A stretch of 64,000 nucleotides of DNA from Chiloscyllium plagiosum (Eukaryota): the NCBI RefSeq assembly GCF_004010195.1, contig NC_057758.1, positions 3,540,269 through 3,604,268 on the forward strand, written 5' to 3'. A program made the position numbers and the translations under genes. The notes beneath the pieces were generated by a model. That model saw only the letters and a program-made list of their open reading frames with translations. It was not told the origin of the DNA and searched no databases. Shown in pieces: positions 62,425 to 64,000 of the stretch; within the stretch, counting starts at the first letter, position 1, and each line of letters begins with the position of its first letter.

Positions 62425-63460
62425 AGGGAGTGGACGTGAGAGTGAGGGATCTAATGTGACTGTAAGCGAGCGGCTATAACTGTGGGAGTGAGTGAGACAT
62501 TGAGGGATTGAGTATGACTGTAAGGAACTGAGCTAGAGAGTACGATATTCAGTGCGAAATGGAGGGAGTGACTGAGACTGAAGGAGTGAGTGATACTGTG
62601 AGAGGGTGAGTGAGAATGACGGAGTGACTGTGAAATTGAGCGAGGATGTCTGACAGTAGAGGAGGCAGAGTGACGGAGTGAGTAAGACTGTGTGGGATTC
62701 AGCATGGAATGTTGGAATCAGTGAGACTGTGTGAGTGAATAAGGCTGTGAGTGAGTGCAACACTGAAGGAGCCAGTTTGACAGTGGGGGTTGAGAGCAAC
62801 AGTGGAGGAGTGAGTGCGACAGTGTGGAAGTGGCGACACTGTGAGGGAATGAGAGTGGGAGCGACGTAATCAGGGTGACAGCGAGAAAATCATTATGACA
62901 GTGAGGAAACAGTGGAATTGTGAGGGAGTTAGACTGTGTCAGAATCAGTGAGATTGAGGAGGAAGTGACATTGAGGGAGTCAGTTTGTCTGCGAGGGAGT
63001 CAGTGCATCTGCAATAATGTCGGTGTGCCTGTGAGAGTGTCAGTGCTTTTCCGAGGAGTCGGTGTTCCTGTGAGGGAATCAGTGTGACTGTGAGGGAGTC
63101 AGTGTGATTGTGAGGAATTCAGTGTAACATAACTGAGAGATTCAATGTCACTGAGAGGGACTCGGTGCGATTTTGGTGCAGTCAGTGAATCAACGATAAT
63201 TTCTGAATGATTGTGAGGGAGCTGTACTCTCTACGAGGTAGTCATTATGTCTGTGAAAGTACCGGTGTGTCTGTGCGCAATTCAGTTTGTCTCTGAACAA
63301 GTAAGAAAGGCACATCGAGAACAAAGTGTGAGAGAGAAAGTGTGAGGGGGAGTGCGTGAGTGAGTGCGAGGGACAGAGTGTGAGACAGAGAGCATGTGAC
63401 TGTGTGACAAAGTTTGAGGGATAATGTGTGTGGGAGATGCTGCTTTAGTGTCTGCGTGTG
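62425..63460 (+). repeat. Degenerate ~20-bp minisatellite (GTGTGACTGTGAGGGAGTCA-like)
   Basis: Clearest units at ~62980-63125. Confidence 0.75.
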
Positions 63461-64000
63461 TTAGAGACAGTGTCTATGTGTGTGTTTAAGAATGCCAGTA
63501 CGTAAATGTGTGCATGTGTGTGAGAAAGGGAGAAAGAGAGGGAGAGAGTTTCAGGGAGGTTGTCATTGTTTGTATTTGACTGAGAGAGTGCTCTGAGTGC
63601 GTGAAAATTATGTGTGAGATTGATTGACTGTGGGTGATGGTGAGTGTGTAATAATGCACACGTATGAGTGTGACTGCATGCAGACAGTGTCACAGAGAGA
63701 CTGTGAGAGCGAGACTCTCTCAAAGGATACTCAATAGTGGGGAAAATCTCAACTAGAGAGATTCCTAACAAGACATCCTTATGTACCTGATACAATCTGT
63801 TGGCATCTCCACGCTGCCTCCACCGCCATGTAAATTTGTGACAACATTAATCCTTCTGGGCAATAATGTTTCATACTTTCACGTTATTTTTAACGGAAAC
63901 ATTCATTTTTTTCTCTATTCTTTCTACAAGCATGAATCATATTTCACCATGTGATACTCCATCTCCTAATTCTTTTAATAATATTCGTACGACATTTTCT

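Overview
Eukaryotic, repeat-rich DNA. HE1-type SINEs, CR1/HER1 LINEs and two Penelope families point to a shark or ray, probably a carpet/bamboo shark (inference). The window holds a decaying cluster of GPR139/GPR142-like GPCR genes: four exon-2 copies, of which two have a continuous ORF and two are clear pseudogenes. Two of them lie in a ~7-8 kb inverted segmental duplication (13583-20460 vs 53180-61147). Features missing from the ORF track: (i) an intact beta-defensin mature-peptide exon (20997-21121, minus) with a frameshifted signal-peptide exon, plus several weaker defensin-like relics; (ii) a cryptic array with a ~38-bp period and ~45 RFX/X-box-like cores separated by dissimilar spacers, 3' of the duplicated GPCRs; (iii) hammerhead ribozyme motifs in Penelope pLTRs; (iv) a TSD-bounded Penelope insertion carrying ~1 kb of foreign genomic sequence; (v) a Gmr1-type gypsy element with integrase before RT; (vi) short templated insertions. 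All calls were made by eye and repeat boundaries are approximate.
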